Assembly: GCA_041651355.1 (NCBI GenBank)
Contig: JBAZJK010000002.1
Coordinates: 1-54,470 of the forward strand
Direction: 5' to 3'
DNA: 54,470 bases
Origin: Patescibacteria group bacterium
GTDB taxonomy: Bacteria; Patescibacteriota; Patescibacteriia; Patescibacteriales; UBA12465
A program made the translations under genes and the position numbers. The notes below the pieces were generated by a model. It ran no database searches. It worked only from the letters and a program-made list of their open reading frames with translations, and had not been told where the DNA came from. Positions 1 to 9,338 of the stretch are shown here, in pieces (positions within the stretch are counted from its first letter, which is position 1; each line of letters starts with the position of its first letter).

Positions 1-2
1 TC

Positions 3-182
3 GTTTATCCCAGATTTCCGCTTCTGAGCGGTAAGTATTACCTCTCGATAGGTCTTTTAAAAAACAGAATAGCAGAGCCGGTATTTTATAAACACAGGGC
101 TTCTACGTTTCAGATGTCTTTTGCGGGCGATGACCACGGGACGGTTTATTTAGAGCACGGCTGGAAATATAAATTACCGTAA
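3..182 (+). CDS. wzt: 3' end of ABC transporter ATP-binding protein, Wzt C-terminal carbohydrate-binding domain (partial, runs off window start)
   Basis: Manual translation of frame 3: VYPRFPLLSGKYYLSIGLLKNRIAEPVFYKHRASTFQMSFAGDDHGTVYLEHGWKYKLP*. The pattern (L-x-G-x-Y-x-L-S-I-G ... F ... G-x-V-x-L-x-x-x-W near the C-terminus) matches Wzt_C, and the gene sits directly upstream of glycosyltransferases. Confidence 0.65.
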   Translation, partial: VYPRFPLLSGKYYLSIGLLKNRIAEPVFYKHRASTFQMSFAGDDHGTVYLEHGWKYKLP

Positions 183-208
183 CTATAAATTACATCCGGA
201 GGGCAGCA

Positions 209-3200
209 ATGAAGAATCGTTATCCAAAAGTTAGCATCATAACCGTAAATTTTAACGGCAGGAGATACCTCGGGGATTTTTTTAATTCCATAGCAAGGCT
301 GCGCTATCCCAAGAATAAATTAGAGATAATTTTAATTGATAACGTATCGGAAGACGGCTCGGTAGAGTTTGTGAGAAAGAGATACCCCAGGGTAAGAATA
401 ATCCAAAACGGTACTAATAACTACTGCAAAGCCGTTAACTTAGGAATAAAGGCAGCCCGTTCAGGATATATTGCGATAGCCAACAACGATACTAAATTAG
501 ACAAGGACTGGCTAGGAGAGTTGATAAGGGTCATCTCCAGCGATAAAAAGATTGCTGCGGCCGGAAGCAAGATACTGCATTGGAACGGCACATTGCAAAA
601 CGCCAGCCATTGTGAATTACCTAATTTTTACTGGGGGGAAAGGGGGGCCGGAAAGCATAGAGATAGCTATAATAATATTGATGAGGTACCCAGCTTATGC
701 GGGGCGGCAGTCTTGTATAGAAAAGAGGCTGTCTCGCGGGTCGGGTTTTTCGATGAGGATTTTGTTATATACGGAGAAGACGTAGATATATCTTTTAGGC
801 TGAGGCAGCTTGGTTATAAACTTATCTTTGTCCCCGATAGCGTTGTTTACCACAGGTTCCACGGCACAGCTACAGAGGAATTAGCGCGTTATTATATAGA
901 GAGAAACCGGCTGTTATTTTTGGCCAAACATTATCCCGAGAAGCTCACCAGTTCCTTGGTGGGCAGCGGTTATTTTACGGCAGAAGGTTCGGTTGACTCT
1001 TGCGGCAGGATATATTCTTTGTTCCCCGACATAATTATGAAGCTTATAAAGACCCACCCCCTAGACGTAGCCAGGAAGGCAATCTCAGACTTATTTGGAG
1101 AGGTAAGTAAAATTGTCAATTACGAAAACGACATATTAACGAAGGCATTGCGTAAAAACGAAGAAGAAAAAAACAAAGTAATACTCTCCCTAAAAGACGA
1201 AATTGAGCATGTCAATTATATCGTAGGGCAAAAAGAGGCCGAGGCGCGTTCTTTGAATAGCCAAATTACGGATATCGTGAAACGGAAAGAACAAGAGGCG
1301 CTTTCCTTAAAAGACGAAATTAAGCGCGTTGCTTCTCTTGCAGATCAGAAAGAATCCCAATCACAGTCCCTAAGAGACCAGTTAAAAGGCGTAAAGGATG
1401 AGCTTGAGAAGAAAACCGAAGAGGCGCTCTCTGGAGACGGACAGCTGATTGAGAAACTGGCAGAGCTCGGCGCCCTAAGAGACCAGTTAAAAGGCGTAAA
1501 GGATGAGCTTGCACGGAGAGCCGAAGAGACCCTGTCTAGGGGGGGGCAACTTATTGAAAAAGAGGCGGAAAACGGAGCGCTTAAAGATGAATTATCCCGT
1601 CTGGCGGAAAACCTTGCTGCTAGGCTGGTTAATCTGGAGGAGAATCAGGCGCAGTTGCTTGAAAAAGATTCTCGAATACAGCAATTGCAGATTGAGAAAG
1701 AAAAAATCGTTAAGGAGAAGGAACACGAACTGGATTGTTATAAAGAAGAATTGAGTAATATTCTGAATCAGTTACGCCGGAGGATGGATGAGGTCCTTAT
1801 CAAAGACAGCCAGATTATTGGAAAAGACGCGCAGATCGGGCAGCTCCGCATTGAAAAAGAACAACAGATAGGCCAGTTAAGAAGAGAGTTGGACGGAATT
1901 TATAACTCTGAAGGCTTCCGTTTAATATTGCGCCCCTTCTGGACAACTATATGGAATGCGAGGAAGGGCATCAAGGCAATGAAGATAAGATTAGGGAAGG
2001 CGATCTGGTTCGCCGTTACTTTGACCTTAGTGCCTTTATTTGTTTTTTTAGCAGCATCTTTTGTTTTTGAATATGCGGCATGGCTTATACTGAGGCCGCT
2101 GTTGAAAAATATCCTTCCCCGGAGGAGAGGCATTCAAAACAAAGACGCGGGAAAGATTAAAATAAGCGTAGTAATCCCGAATTACAATGGCACAGAGTTG
2201 CTTAAAGAATGTTTACCTTCTTTGTTTGCGGCTGAAGGGATTAATGAAGGGAAAAGCGAAGTCCTGGTAGTGGACGATGCCAGCACAGACGGTAGCGTTG
2301 CCTATATCAAGGAACACTTCCCGCAGGTAAAGCTGCTGATAAATAAGAGGAACAGGGGTTTTGGTTTCAGTTGCAACAGAGGCATTAAAGCGGCGAGCAA
2401 CGAGCTGGTGGTATTGCTGAATAATGATATTATTCTGACCAAGGGATTCCTGGAGCCTTTGGTCAGGCATTTCAAGAGGCAGGATGTGTTTGCGGCTACC
2501 CCCAAACTCTACGCCTGGGATAGAGAGACCTTTGCCTGGGGGATGCACATGGGCAATTTTAAGGACGGCTACGTAAGATTATGGAATGAGTCCGAAACAG
2601 GCAATGGCGACAGGCTGCGGCAGCCCGCACCTTCCGTATTTGCTATCGGCGGTGCGGCGGTGTTTCGCAAGTCCGATTTTATGTGGCTTGGGGGGTTTGA
2701 CAATATCTACAGACCGAACTGTTGGGAGGATATAGATATAGGTTACCGTGCCTGGAAGAGAGGGTTGAAGGTTATCTATGAACCGGGCAGCATCCTCTAT
2801 CATAAAGGACGGGCAACCCTGACCTATGAGCGCCCCAAGGAGATAAAAAACGAACTTCTTTTCACCTGGAAGAATATTACCGATAGCCGCATTTTAAAGG
2901 AACATTTTAATTTTCTTCCCTGGCACCTCTATCTTAACAGAATGAATTTCCTGAGAGGATTTTTATGGGCCTTGAACCATCTGCCTCAAACCCTACTGCA
3001 TCGCATTTTAGAAAGGAGGTTTGTCGTACATCCGCAAGATAGAAAAATTTTTAACAGCATCACGCTTTATTATAATAATTTCATAAATAGAGGCTCCCGG
3101 CATCTTAGCGAAAGCAAGCCGACGGTGCTATTGGTTTCACGGTTTCTGCCATATCCGCTTAATGCGGGCGGCAAGATAAGAATCCATAACCTAGTTAAAT

Positions 3201-5428
3201 CGCTGTCTGAAAAATATAATTTTATACTCCTCAGTCTCATTGACCATAAGGACGAATTGGCGTATATACCAAAAATCAAAGAATTGTTTAGCGAGGTTTA
3301 TACGGTATTGGCAAAATCCCCTCTGGATTTGAATTTTTCCTCACGTTTATTTTACCCGGAGTTGTATAAAATAGCCTATAGCTATAGCCGGGAGCTGGTG
3401 GAGAAGCTCAAGGAGCTTGAAGATACGAAAGCAGCGGATATTATACACATAGAAACAAATGAATTATTATACCTGGTTGACTATGTCAAGTCCGCCCCTA
3501 TAGTTTATACCGAGCACGATATAAGCATCCTTTCGCTGCGCAAATCTTATTATAAGAATAAAGGCAACCCGGCGAAGTCCTTTGTTGACCATTTAAAAAA
3601 GGTTAATTTCCACCACCGACAGATTAAAAAAACAGACAGGGTCATTAGCCTCTCAAGAGAGGATGATGCCGTGCTGAGGGGGCTTTTTCCCAAGAGCGCC
3701 ATTACCCTGATACCGACCGGGGTAGATCTGGGGCATTTTTCTTCCAGACGGTCTGCGGGAAAAATAAATAAATTGATATTCGTAGGGCACTATCTTCATT
3801 ATCCCAACGAGGACGCTGTGCTTTATTTTTCGAAGAAGATACTCCCGATCATCAAAAAAAGCGTTCCGGACGTTCAACTGCTGATTGTAGGTTCGAATCC
3901 GACGCCAGCTGTAGAGGCCATCGCCAAGGAAGACAGCGTAAGGCTTATAGGAGAGGTGCCTGATGTTAAGCCTTACCTGGAGGAAGCCGCCGTTTTTGTG
4001 AATGCCATACGCATAAGTGCGGGGATAAAAGGAAAAGTGCTGGAGGCGATGGCTTGCGGGGTGCCGGTGGTTTCTACCAGGAACGGGTCCTCCGGTATCG
4101 ATGCTAGGCCGGAAAAGGATATTCTGCTTGCGGAGAAACCGAAAGAATTCGCAAGACAGGTGATTCGCCTTTTAAGCGACCCACCCCTGAGAGAGCGGAT
4201 CGTAGCCAACGCTAAGCGCCTGGTTCAAGATAGATATGATTGGAAAGGAAGCGCGGATAAGCTCGATGGTGTATATAGGGGGCTATCATTTTTCCAAAAG
4301 GATATCTTCTCCTGTTTGTCTCAAGGTGCAACCGAAGAAGTCGTAAATTACACGAATAATTTCATTGAGCAAAAGATAGCGCAGACAGAAGGCGATCTGG
4401 GAATGGTCTCTGACGGCCCAGAAGAATTGCACATAGAATTGACATATAGCTGTAACAGCAAGTGTATTATGTGCGACCTATGGGATTATAACAAAAGAAT
4501 GCCGTCATCTCCGGGCAAGGAACTTTCTCTTGCAGAGATTAGGAAGTTCGTAGATGAATCCCGTCTCTTGCAGAAAACAAAAACCGTCGTGCTCTCTGGA
4601 GGGGAGCCGTTCATGCGAAACGATATAGCAGAGCTCTGCGGTTTTTTCACCAGAAAATTTCCAGACGGCTCAATCGGCATATTAACCAATGGAATGGCAA
4701 CCGACACGATAGTAGAAAAATCCAAGGAGGTCTTGGACAGGTTTTCTCCCAGATCTCTATGGCTGGGAAGTTCTCTGGACGGAATAGGAAAAACCCATGA
4801 TAAAATCCGGGGGGCCGACGGCGCATTTTTGCGTCTTTGCCAAACAATCAGCCGCTGCAAAAAAGAGTTGCCGGGGGTGGATTTATCGTTGACCTTTACC
4901 CTTACTCCGTATAACGTAGACCAGCTTGTGCCGGCAAAACAGTTTGCTGACGACGAAGGCGTAAATTTCTTTGCTCAATTTGTCGTTCCCAAGTCATCAA
5001 GACAGGAGTTTAACTGGACGCCCCAGGAGCTGAGTCTCGCAGAAAAAGAAATCGGACGCATAATGGAAGGGATATCCGATAAGATGGGTAACAATGCCAT
5101 CTGCGGCGTTAAAGGCATGCAGGATAAAGGGCTGATGGCTCAGCTTTATTTCTGGTCGCACCTTGTCAAATATCAGATTAACCCCCAGAGGTTTTTTAAG
5201 AAATGCGTTGCCGGTTATAGATTCGCGATGCTGAATCCTTACGGAGACTTATTTTTCTGCCCAACCCATAAAGATAATTCTGTCGGGAATCTAAGAGAGA
5301 ATAAGTTTGATTATCTCTGGACCTGCGATAAGGCGGAGCAACTAAGGAGATTTATTTCCAGCGGGAATTGCCATTGCTGGCTGGTTTGCATTCTTTTCCC
5401 GGTATTGGATAAGGTCTTGAGCAATTAA
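209..5428 (+). CDS. 1739-aa multidomain protein: GT2 - coiled coil - hydrophobic anchor - GT2 - GT4 - radical SAM/SPASM-like
   Basis: GT2 #1: VSIITVNFN, IDNVSEDGS, ANNDT, GEDVD. EKLQ-rich heptad region about nt 1130-1910 ending IYNSEGFRL. Hydrophobic stretch IWFAVTLTLVPLFVFLAASFVF. GT2 #2: ISVVIPNYNG, VDDASTDGS, LNNDI, WEDID. GT4: IPTGVD, FVGHYLHYPNEDA, KVLEAMACGVPVVST. Radical SAM: CNSKCIMC (4451-4474), GGEP, C-terminal Cys cluster. GGAGG RBS upstream. Confidence 0.9.
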   Translation: MKNRYPKVSIITVNFNGRRYLGDFFNSIARLRYPKNKLEIILIDNVSEDGSVEFVRKRYPRVRIIQNGTNNYCKAVNLGIKAARSGYIAIANNDTKLDKDWLGELIRVISSDKKIAAAGSKILHWNGTLQNASHCELPNFYWGERGAGKHRDSYNNIDEVPSLCGAAVLYRKEAVSRVGFFDEDFVIYGEDVDISFRLRQLGYKLIFVPDSVVYHRFHGTATEELARYYIERNRLLFLAKHYPEKLTSSLVGSGYFTAEGSVDSCGRIYSLFPDIIMKLIKTHPLDVARKAISDLFGEVSKIVNYENDILTKALRKNEEEKNKVILSLKDEIEHVNYIVGQKEAEARSLNSQITDIVKRKEQEALSLKDEIKRVASLADQKESQSQSLRDQLKGVKDELEKKTEEALSGDGQLIEKLAELGALRDQLKGVKDELARRAEETLSRGGQLIEKEAENGALKDELSRLAENLAARLVNLEENQAQLLEKDSRIQQLQIEKEKIVKEKEHELDCYKEELSNILNQLRRRMDEVLIKDSQIIGKDAQIGQLRIEKEQQIGQLRRELDGIYNSEGFRLILRPFWTTIWNARKGIKAMKIRLGKAIWFAVTLTLVPLFVFLAASFVFEYAAWLILRPLLKNILPRRRGIQNKDAGKIKISVVIPNYNGTELLKECLPSLFAAEGINEGKSEVLVVDDASTDGSVAYIKEHFPQVKLLINKRNRGFGFSCNRGIKAASNELVVLLNNDIILTKGFLEPLVRHFKRQDVFAATPKLYAWDRETFAWGMHMGNFKDGYVRLWNESETGNGDRLRQPAPSVFAIGGAAVFRKSDFMWLGGFDNIYRPNCWEDIDIGYRAWKRGLKVIYEPGSILYHKGRATLTYERPKEIKNELLFTWKNITDSRILKEHFNFLPWHLYLNRMNFLRGFLWALNHLPQTLLHRILERRFVVHPQDRKIFNSITLYYNNFINRGSRHLSESKPTVLLVSRFLPYPLNAGGKIRIHNLVKSLSEKYNFILLSLIDHKDELAYIPKIKELFSEVYTVLAKSPLDLNFSSRLFYPELYKIAYSYSRELVEKLKELEDTKAADIIHIETNELLYLVDYVKSAPIVYTEHDISILSLRKSYYKNKGNPAKSFVDHLKKVNFHHRQIKKTDRVISLSREDDAVLRGLFPKSAITLIPTGVDLGHFSSRRSAGKINKLIFVGHYLHYPNEDAVLYFSKKILPIIKKSVPDVQLLIVGSNPTPAVEAIAKEDSVRLIGEVPDVKPYLEEAAVFVNAIRISAGIKGKVLEAMACGVPVVSTRNGSSGIDARPEKDILLAEKPKEFARQVIRLLSDPPLRERIVANAKRLVQDRYDWKGSADKLDGVYRGLSFFQKDIFSCLSQGATEEVVNYTNNFIEQKIAQTEGDLGMVSDGPEELHIELTYSCNSKCIMCDLWDYNKRMPSSPGKELSLAEIRKFVDESRLLQKTKTVVLSGGEPFMRNDIAELCGFFTRKFPDGSIGILTNGMATDTIVEKSKEVLDRFSPRSLWLGSSLDGIGKTHDKIRGADGAFLRLCQTISRCKKELPGVDLSLTFTLTPYNVDQLVPAKQFADDEGVNFFAQFVVPKSSRQEFNWTPQELSLAEKEIGRIMEGISDKMGNNAICGVKGMQDKGLMAQLYFWSHLVKYQINPQRFFKKCVAGYRFAMLNPYGDLFFCPTHKDNSVGNLRENKFDYLWTCDKAEQLRRFISSGNCHCWLVCILFPVLDKVLSN
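1368..1511 (+). repeat. 39-bp exact direct repeat (1368-1406 and 1473-1511) inside the coiled coil, spacing 105 nt = 35 aa
   Basis: ccctaagagaccagttaaaaggcgtaaaggatgagcttg occurs twice (LRDQLKGVKDEL). A looser SLKDEI repeat lies at about 1185 and 1302. Confidence 0.9.
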
Positions 5429-5439
5429 TCCTTAAGGAT

Positions 5440-6603
5440 ATGGTTGAAGCCCAAGAAAAGAGATCAAAGCGGATTGCGGAGCTTAAGCGGAATATCATAA
5501 ACACCGCAACCAAAAGAGCGCAGGAGGCATCCTATCCTATCGCCGCCCGCAATAAAAATTTGCTTCTGAATGACTTTGAATATGCAACAGGCAAGATAGC
5601 CCTAGAGTCTTCTCCCGAGGGTATCGGTATAGGGACGCATTACGCCTGCAATGGGAAATGCGTTTTTTGTTTAGGCGGAAAACCCCGGATTTTCTCGCTT
5701 GAGAGATATAGGGAATTTTTTGAGCCGAGACTGGAAAACGTTTTATCAAGAGCAAGCTATGTGAGCTTCTGCGGTTTCGGAGAGTTGTTTTTAATGCCGC
5801 GGGTAGAGGAATTCATGGATTATGTAAATAAAAAAATTCCATGGGCTAATAAGATATATACTACAAACGGAGCGCCTTTAGCCAATGATAAGATATTAAA
5901 TTTACTTACCCAGAGCCAATCCGCAGTGCAGATATCTCTTCACGCCTCTCATAGAGAGCTCCACAGGGCCTTGACGAAATTAGACTCCTTTGACGAGATT
6001 GTAGCCAGAATAAGACAAATAATCTCTATGCGTAAGTCAAAAGAGCGCCCCAGCGTGATTCTGGTTTTTCTTATCAACAGCCTGAATGTGGAGAATCTTG
6101 CGGATTTTGTGGAGTTTGCCCATCGCCTGAGGGTAGACGAGGTGCGATGTAATTATATGACGGCATTCCATCACTCCCAGCTAAAGCTTTCATGTTTCTT
6201 TAAACAAGAGTTAACCAACCGGAGCCTGGAGGAGGCCGAAGAACGCGCTGCTAAGTTGGATTTGATTTTGAAACTGCCTCCGAGATTCGGCCGGGGTAGT
6301 CAAGGAACAGGGAGCCTCCTGTGCGCCGAACCCTGGAAATACATCTATGTGGAGAATGAATCTTCGGTCCTGCCGTGTTGTTATGCAGGCAGTCACTTCG
6401 GCTATTTGGACAGGATGGACTTTCAGACTATCTGGAACGGCTCAAGTTATAGGCAGTTGCGCAAGTCCTTGGTAGAGGGGCCGCCCCATAAATGGTGCAA
6501 ACATTGCCAGAGATACCGCGCAGAAAATATAAACGACATCCGTTCGCACATAAACTTCCGCCCCGGAGGGCTTTTAAAGATCTTGAAAGGGTATAAATTA
6601 TGA
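5440..6603 (+). CDS. Radical SAM/SPASM-domain protein (module A)
   Basis: CNGKCVFC, GFGE, TTNG, SLHAS. C-terminal CAEPW...PCC...IWNG...CKHC. Confidence 0.9.
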   Translation: MVEAQEKRSKRIAELKRNIINTATKRAQEASYPIAARNKNLLLNDFEYATGKIALESSPEGIGIGTHYACNGKCVFCLGGKPRIFSLERYREFFEPRLENVLSRASYVSFCGFGELFLMPRVEEFMDYVNKKIPWANKIYTTNGAPLANDKILNLLTQSQSAVQISLHASHRELHRALTKLDSFDEIVARIRQIISMRKSKERPSVILVFLINSLNVENLADFVEFAHRLRVDEVRCNYMTAFHHSQLKLSCFFKQELTNRSLEEAEERAAKLDLILKLPPRFGRGSQGTGSLLCAEPWKYIYVENESSVLPCCYAGSHFGYLDRMDFQTIWNGSSYRQLRKSLVEGPPHKWCKHCQRYRAENINDIRSHINFRPGGLLKILKGYKL

Positions 6604-9287
6604 AAGTTGCTCTTGTGCAATGCCCGGGCTGGGGCAGGGATTGCCCTCCTTATACGCTGGCGCTTTTTGCAGCATATCTGCGTCAAAATGAACATCGTGT
6701 TTTCAGTTACGATATCAATAACGCACTTTATTGTAGCGGACCTGACAAGTACAGGAGGATGTGGGATGACAAGGATCTCTATTCCTTTTGGAGCAACAAG
6801 TCCCTCATTACAGAGTTTATCCGGGACAACGAGAGGATGGTGGAATTTCAAGTAAAACATATTTTAGACAGCGGCGCCAAAATCATCGGTTTTAGCGTTC
6901 AGTTTAGTTCTCTGCTTGTCAGTTTAGAGGTAGCTCGCAGGATTAAGGCTAAATCCAGGGATAGAATTATTGTTTTTGGAGGTCCGGACTGCTGCCGCCA
7001 TTTACGGGGCTCAGAGATAATAAAAGAGGATTGCGTAGATGTCGTAGCGCTTGGCGAAGGAGACACAACATTATTAGAGTTAGTGAATATGGTAGAACTG
7101 GACGGCAAGGTAGAAAATTGCCCGGGCGCCTTACTTAAAAAAGAAGGGAAGATTTTTGATTGCGGCGACGGGATTGCAGTGAGAGATCTTGATCTTATCC
7201 CCTTTCCAGATTATAGCGATTTCAGAAAAGATATTATGGCCGGTCATTATCGTCAGCCCGAACGCCTAGAGATATTTGACAGCCGGGGATGCATTACTCG
7301 TTGCCATTTCTGCAGCGAATGGCAGTTTTGGCAAAATTATCGTTCCATGAGCGGAGAGAGAATATTCGAAGAGGTTGCTTATCAGATAAGGCGTTTTCCC
7401 GGAACGGAATATTTTTATTTTATCGGTTCACTCTTAAACGGGAATATAAAATCATTAAACAGGTTTTGTGATTTGGTAATACAGAATAGTCTGGTGGTAA
7501 GATGGGCCGGTCAGGCGGTAATAAGGCCAGAGATGAGCGCGGAACTTTTAGGAAAAATGAGAAAGGCCGGTTGCGAATGGTTGGGATATGGCATTGAAAG
7601 CGGCTCGCAGAGAGTAGTGGACAGCATGAATAAGCACTTCTTTATTGCGGATGCCGAAAGGGTATTAAGGGATACCCATCAGGCAGGGATTGGCACCCAG
7701 GTTAATTTTATGTTCGGCATTCCCACTGAGACATTGGAAGATTTTAAGGAAACACTGGAATTCCTTAAAAGAAACAGGGAGAACATTGATTCGGTTCTAG
7801 CAAGCCAATCGTTCTGCGTTTTAGACAAAGGCACATACCTTTACAACCATGCCGAGGAATTCGGCATCAGGAATCCCGATCATCATCTGTATTGGGAGAC
7901 AGACGGCAACGATTATCCGGAGAGATTCAGAAGGTATGAGGAATTTTGTAGTCTAGCCCTGTCTTTGGGGCTTCCGGAGACATCGGGCGTACTAAGGTTG
8001 AAACCCGACAAATGGGCGCTCTTGGGGGATTATTACCTTTTCAAGAAAGACTATCCCATGGCCAAAGAGTGCTTTCTTAAATCTATGGAAAGAGAATCCA
8101 GCAACAATACGGTCTCTGCGAAATTAGAGCTATGCGTCAAAGATCCGGAGGGAGCTCCTGGCGCTGCCCAGCGGGCTGAACTGCAGATCTACCCGGCAGA
8201 AGTTGCCGGAGAGCTTAGCGGGATGCAACAGAAAATCAGGGATGCGCTTAGTCGCTTTGGCCTGGCGGGGAAATTACGCAACTTCCTTGCAATGGAAAAA
8301 GAGAAACAGGAGCGCAGGGAAGAATTGGAATCCCATCCTTACTGGTTGACCATTGATCCCGCAAATTTTTGCACCCTTAGGTGCCCTTTTTGCCCTACCG
8401 GACAGAATCGCGGCTCTAGGGAAAAAACCAAGCTTTCCTTCGATAGTTTTGAAAAGATAATAGATGAGCTAGGCCCGTATTTAATCCATATAGATTTCTG
8501 CAACTGGGGGGAGCCCCTTTTGAATAAAGACATCTATAAGATGATAAGATGCGCCAAGGGGTATGGTATCGACACAAAGATAGACTCAAACCTTAACGTT
8601 TTCAGCGAAGAGGACGCCGAGGACATCGTATCATCGGGGCTGGATAAGATAATCGTCTCGATTGACGGGGCAACTCAGGGGTCATATTCGAAATACAGGA
8701 TAGGAGGGGATTTTAACGTCGCGTTAAATAACCTCAGGTTATTGATTGAGAAAAAAAGAGAGCTCCGCAAAGCAAATCCGTATATCTGCTGGCAGTTTCT
8801 TGTCTTCAGGCACAATGAGCACGAGACCGAAAAAGCGAAATCCATAGGCAGGGACCTGGGGGTTGACGACGTATCGATCACCAAGGCGTTTATCGGTAAT
8901 AAAGATTGGATACCACTTAATGAGCACTACAGTCATTACAAAAATAGCGAGATTGGCGATGACCAGTATACCTCCGGCTATTTCAAGTCTGCCAACGAAG
9001 AATTCTGTAATTGGCCGTGGGAAGCAATAGTAATAAATTCCAACGGATCCGTTTCGCCATGCTGTTCTGTTGAAGACGAAAAATACGATTTCGCAAACAT
9101 ACTGAAGCAGCCGTTTAAAGAACTCTGGAATAACGAAAAGTATATCAGGGCAAGAAGGTTTATCGGCAAGAGAGGCGGATGCGGTAGAGATAACGCAAAT
9201 ATATGCCACGGATGCAGGCACTCAGGACTAATCAATATAGATATACTTTCTTGCCACTCGTTATTTAATCGCGATGATAATAAATAA
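6600..9287 (+). CDS. Cobalamin-binding radical SAM fused via a TPR-like linker to a second radical SAM/SPASM domain (modules E+D)
   Basis: N-terminal B12-binding-type region (MKVALVQCPGWG...PP, GFSV, FGGP, GEGD). CITRCHFC at 7290-7313, GIESGS. TPR-like WALLGDYYLFKKDYPMAKECFLKSME. Second motif CTLRCPFC at 8370-8393, NWGEP, CNWPW...PCC...CHGC. Confidence 0.9.
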   Translation: MKVALVQCPGWGRDCPPYTLALFAAYLRQNEHRVFSYDINNALYCSGPDKYRRMWDDKDLYSFWSNKSLITEFIRDNERMVEFQVKHILDSGAKIIGFSVQFSSLLVSLEVARRIKAKSRDRIIVFGGPDCCRHLRGSEIIKEDCVDVVALGEGDTTLLELVNMVELDGKVENCPGALLKKEGKIFDCGDGIAVRDLDLIPFPDYSDFRKDIMAGHYRQPERLEIFDSRGCITRCHFCSEWQFWQNYRSMSGERIFEEVAYQIRRFPGTEYFYFIGSLLNGNIKSLNRFCDLVIQNSLVVRWAGQAVIRPEMSAELLGKMRKAGCEWLGYGIESGSQRVVDSMNKHFFIADAERVLRDTHQAGIGTQVNFMFGIPTETLEDFKETLEFLKRNRENIDSVLASQSFCVLDKGTYLYNHAEEFGIRNPDHHLYWETDGNDYPERFRRYEEFCSLALSLGLPETSGVLRLKPDKWALLGDYYLFKKDYPMAKECFLKSMERESSNNTVSAKLELCVKDPEGAPGAAQRAELQIYPAEVAGELSGMQQKIRDALSRFGLAGKLRNFLAMEKEKQERREELESHPYWLTIDPANFCTLRCPFCPTGQNRGSREKTKLSFDSFEKIIDELGPYLIHIDFCNWGEPLLNKDIYKMIRCAKGYGIDTKIDSNLNVFSEEDAEDIVSSGLDKIIVSIDGATQGSYSKYRIGGDFNVALNNLRLLIEKKRELRKANPYICWQFLVFRHNEHETEKAKSIGRDLGVDDVSITKAFIGNKDWIPLNEHYSHYKNSEIGDDQYTSGYFKSANEEFCNWPWEAIVINSNGSVSPCCSVEDEKYDFANILKQPFKELWNNEKYIRARRFIGKRGGCGRDNANICHGCRHSGLINIDILSCHSLFNRDDNK

Positions 9288-9338
9288 AGGACACGCCGTT
9301 TATCTAAATAACCCCGGTTTTGATACAGAAGCAATATT

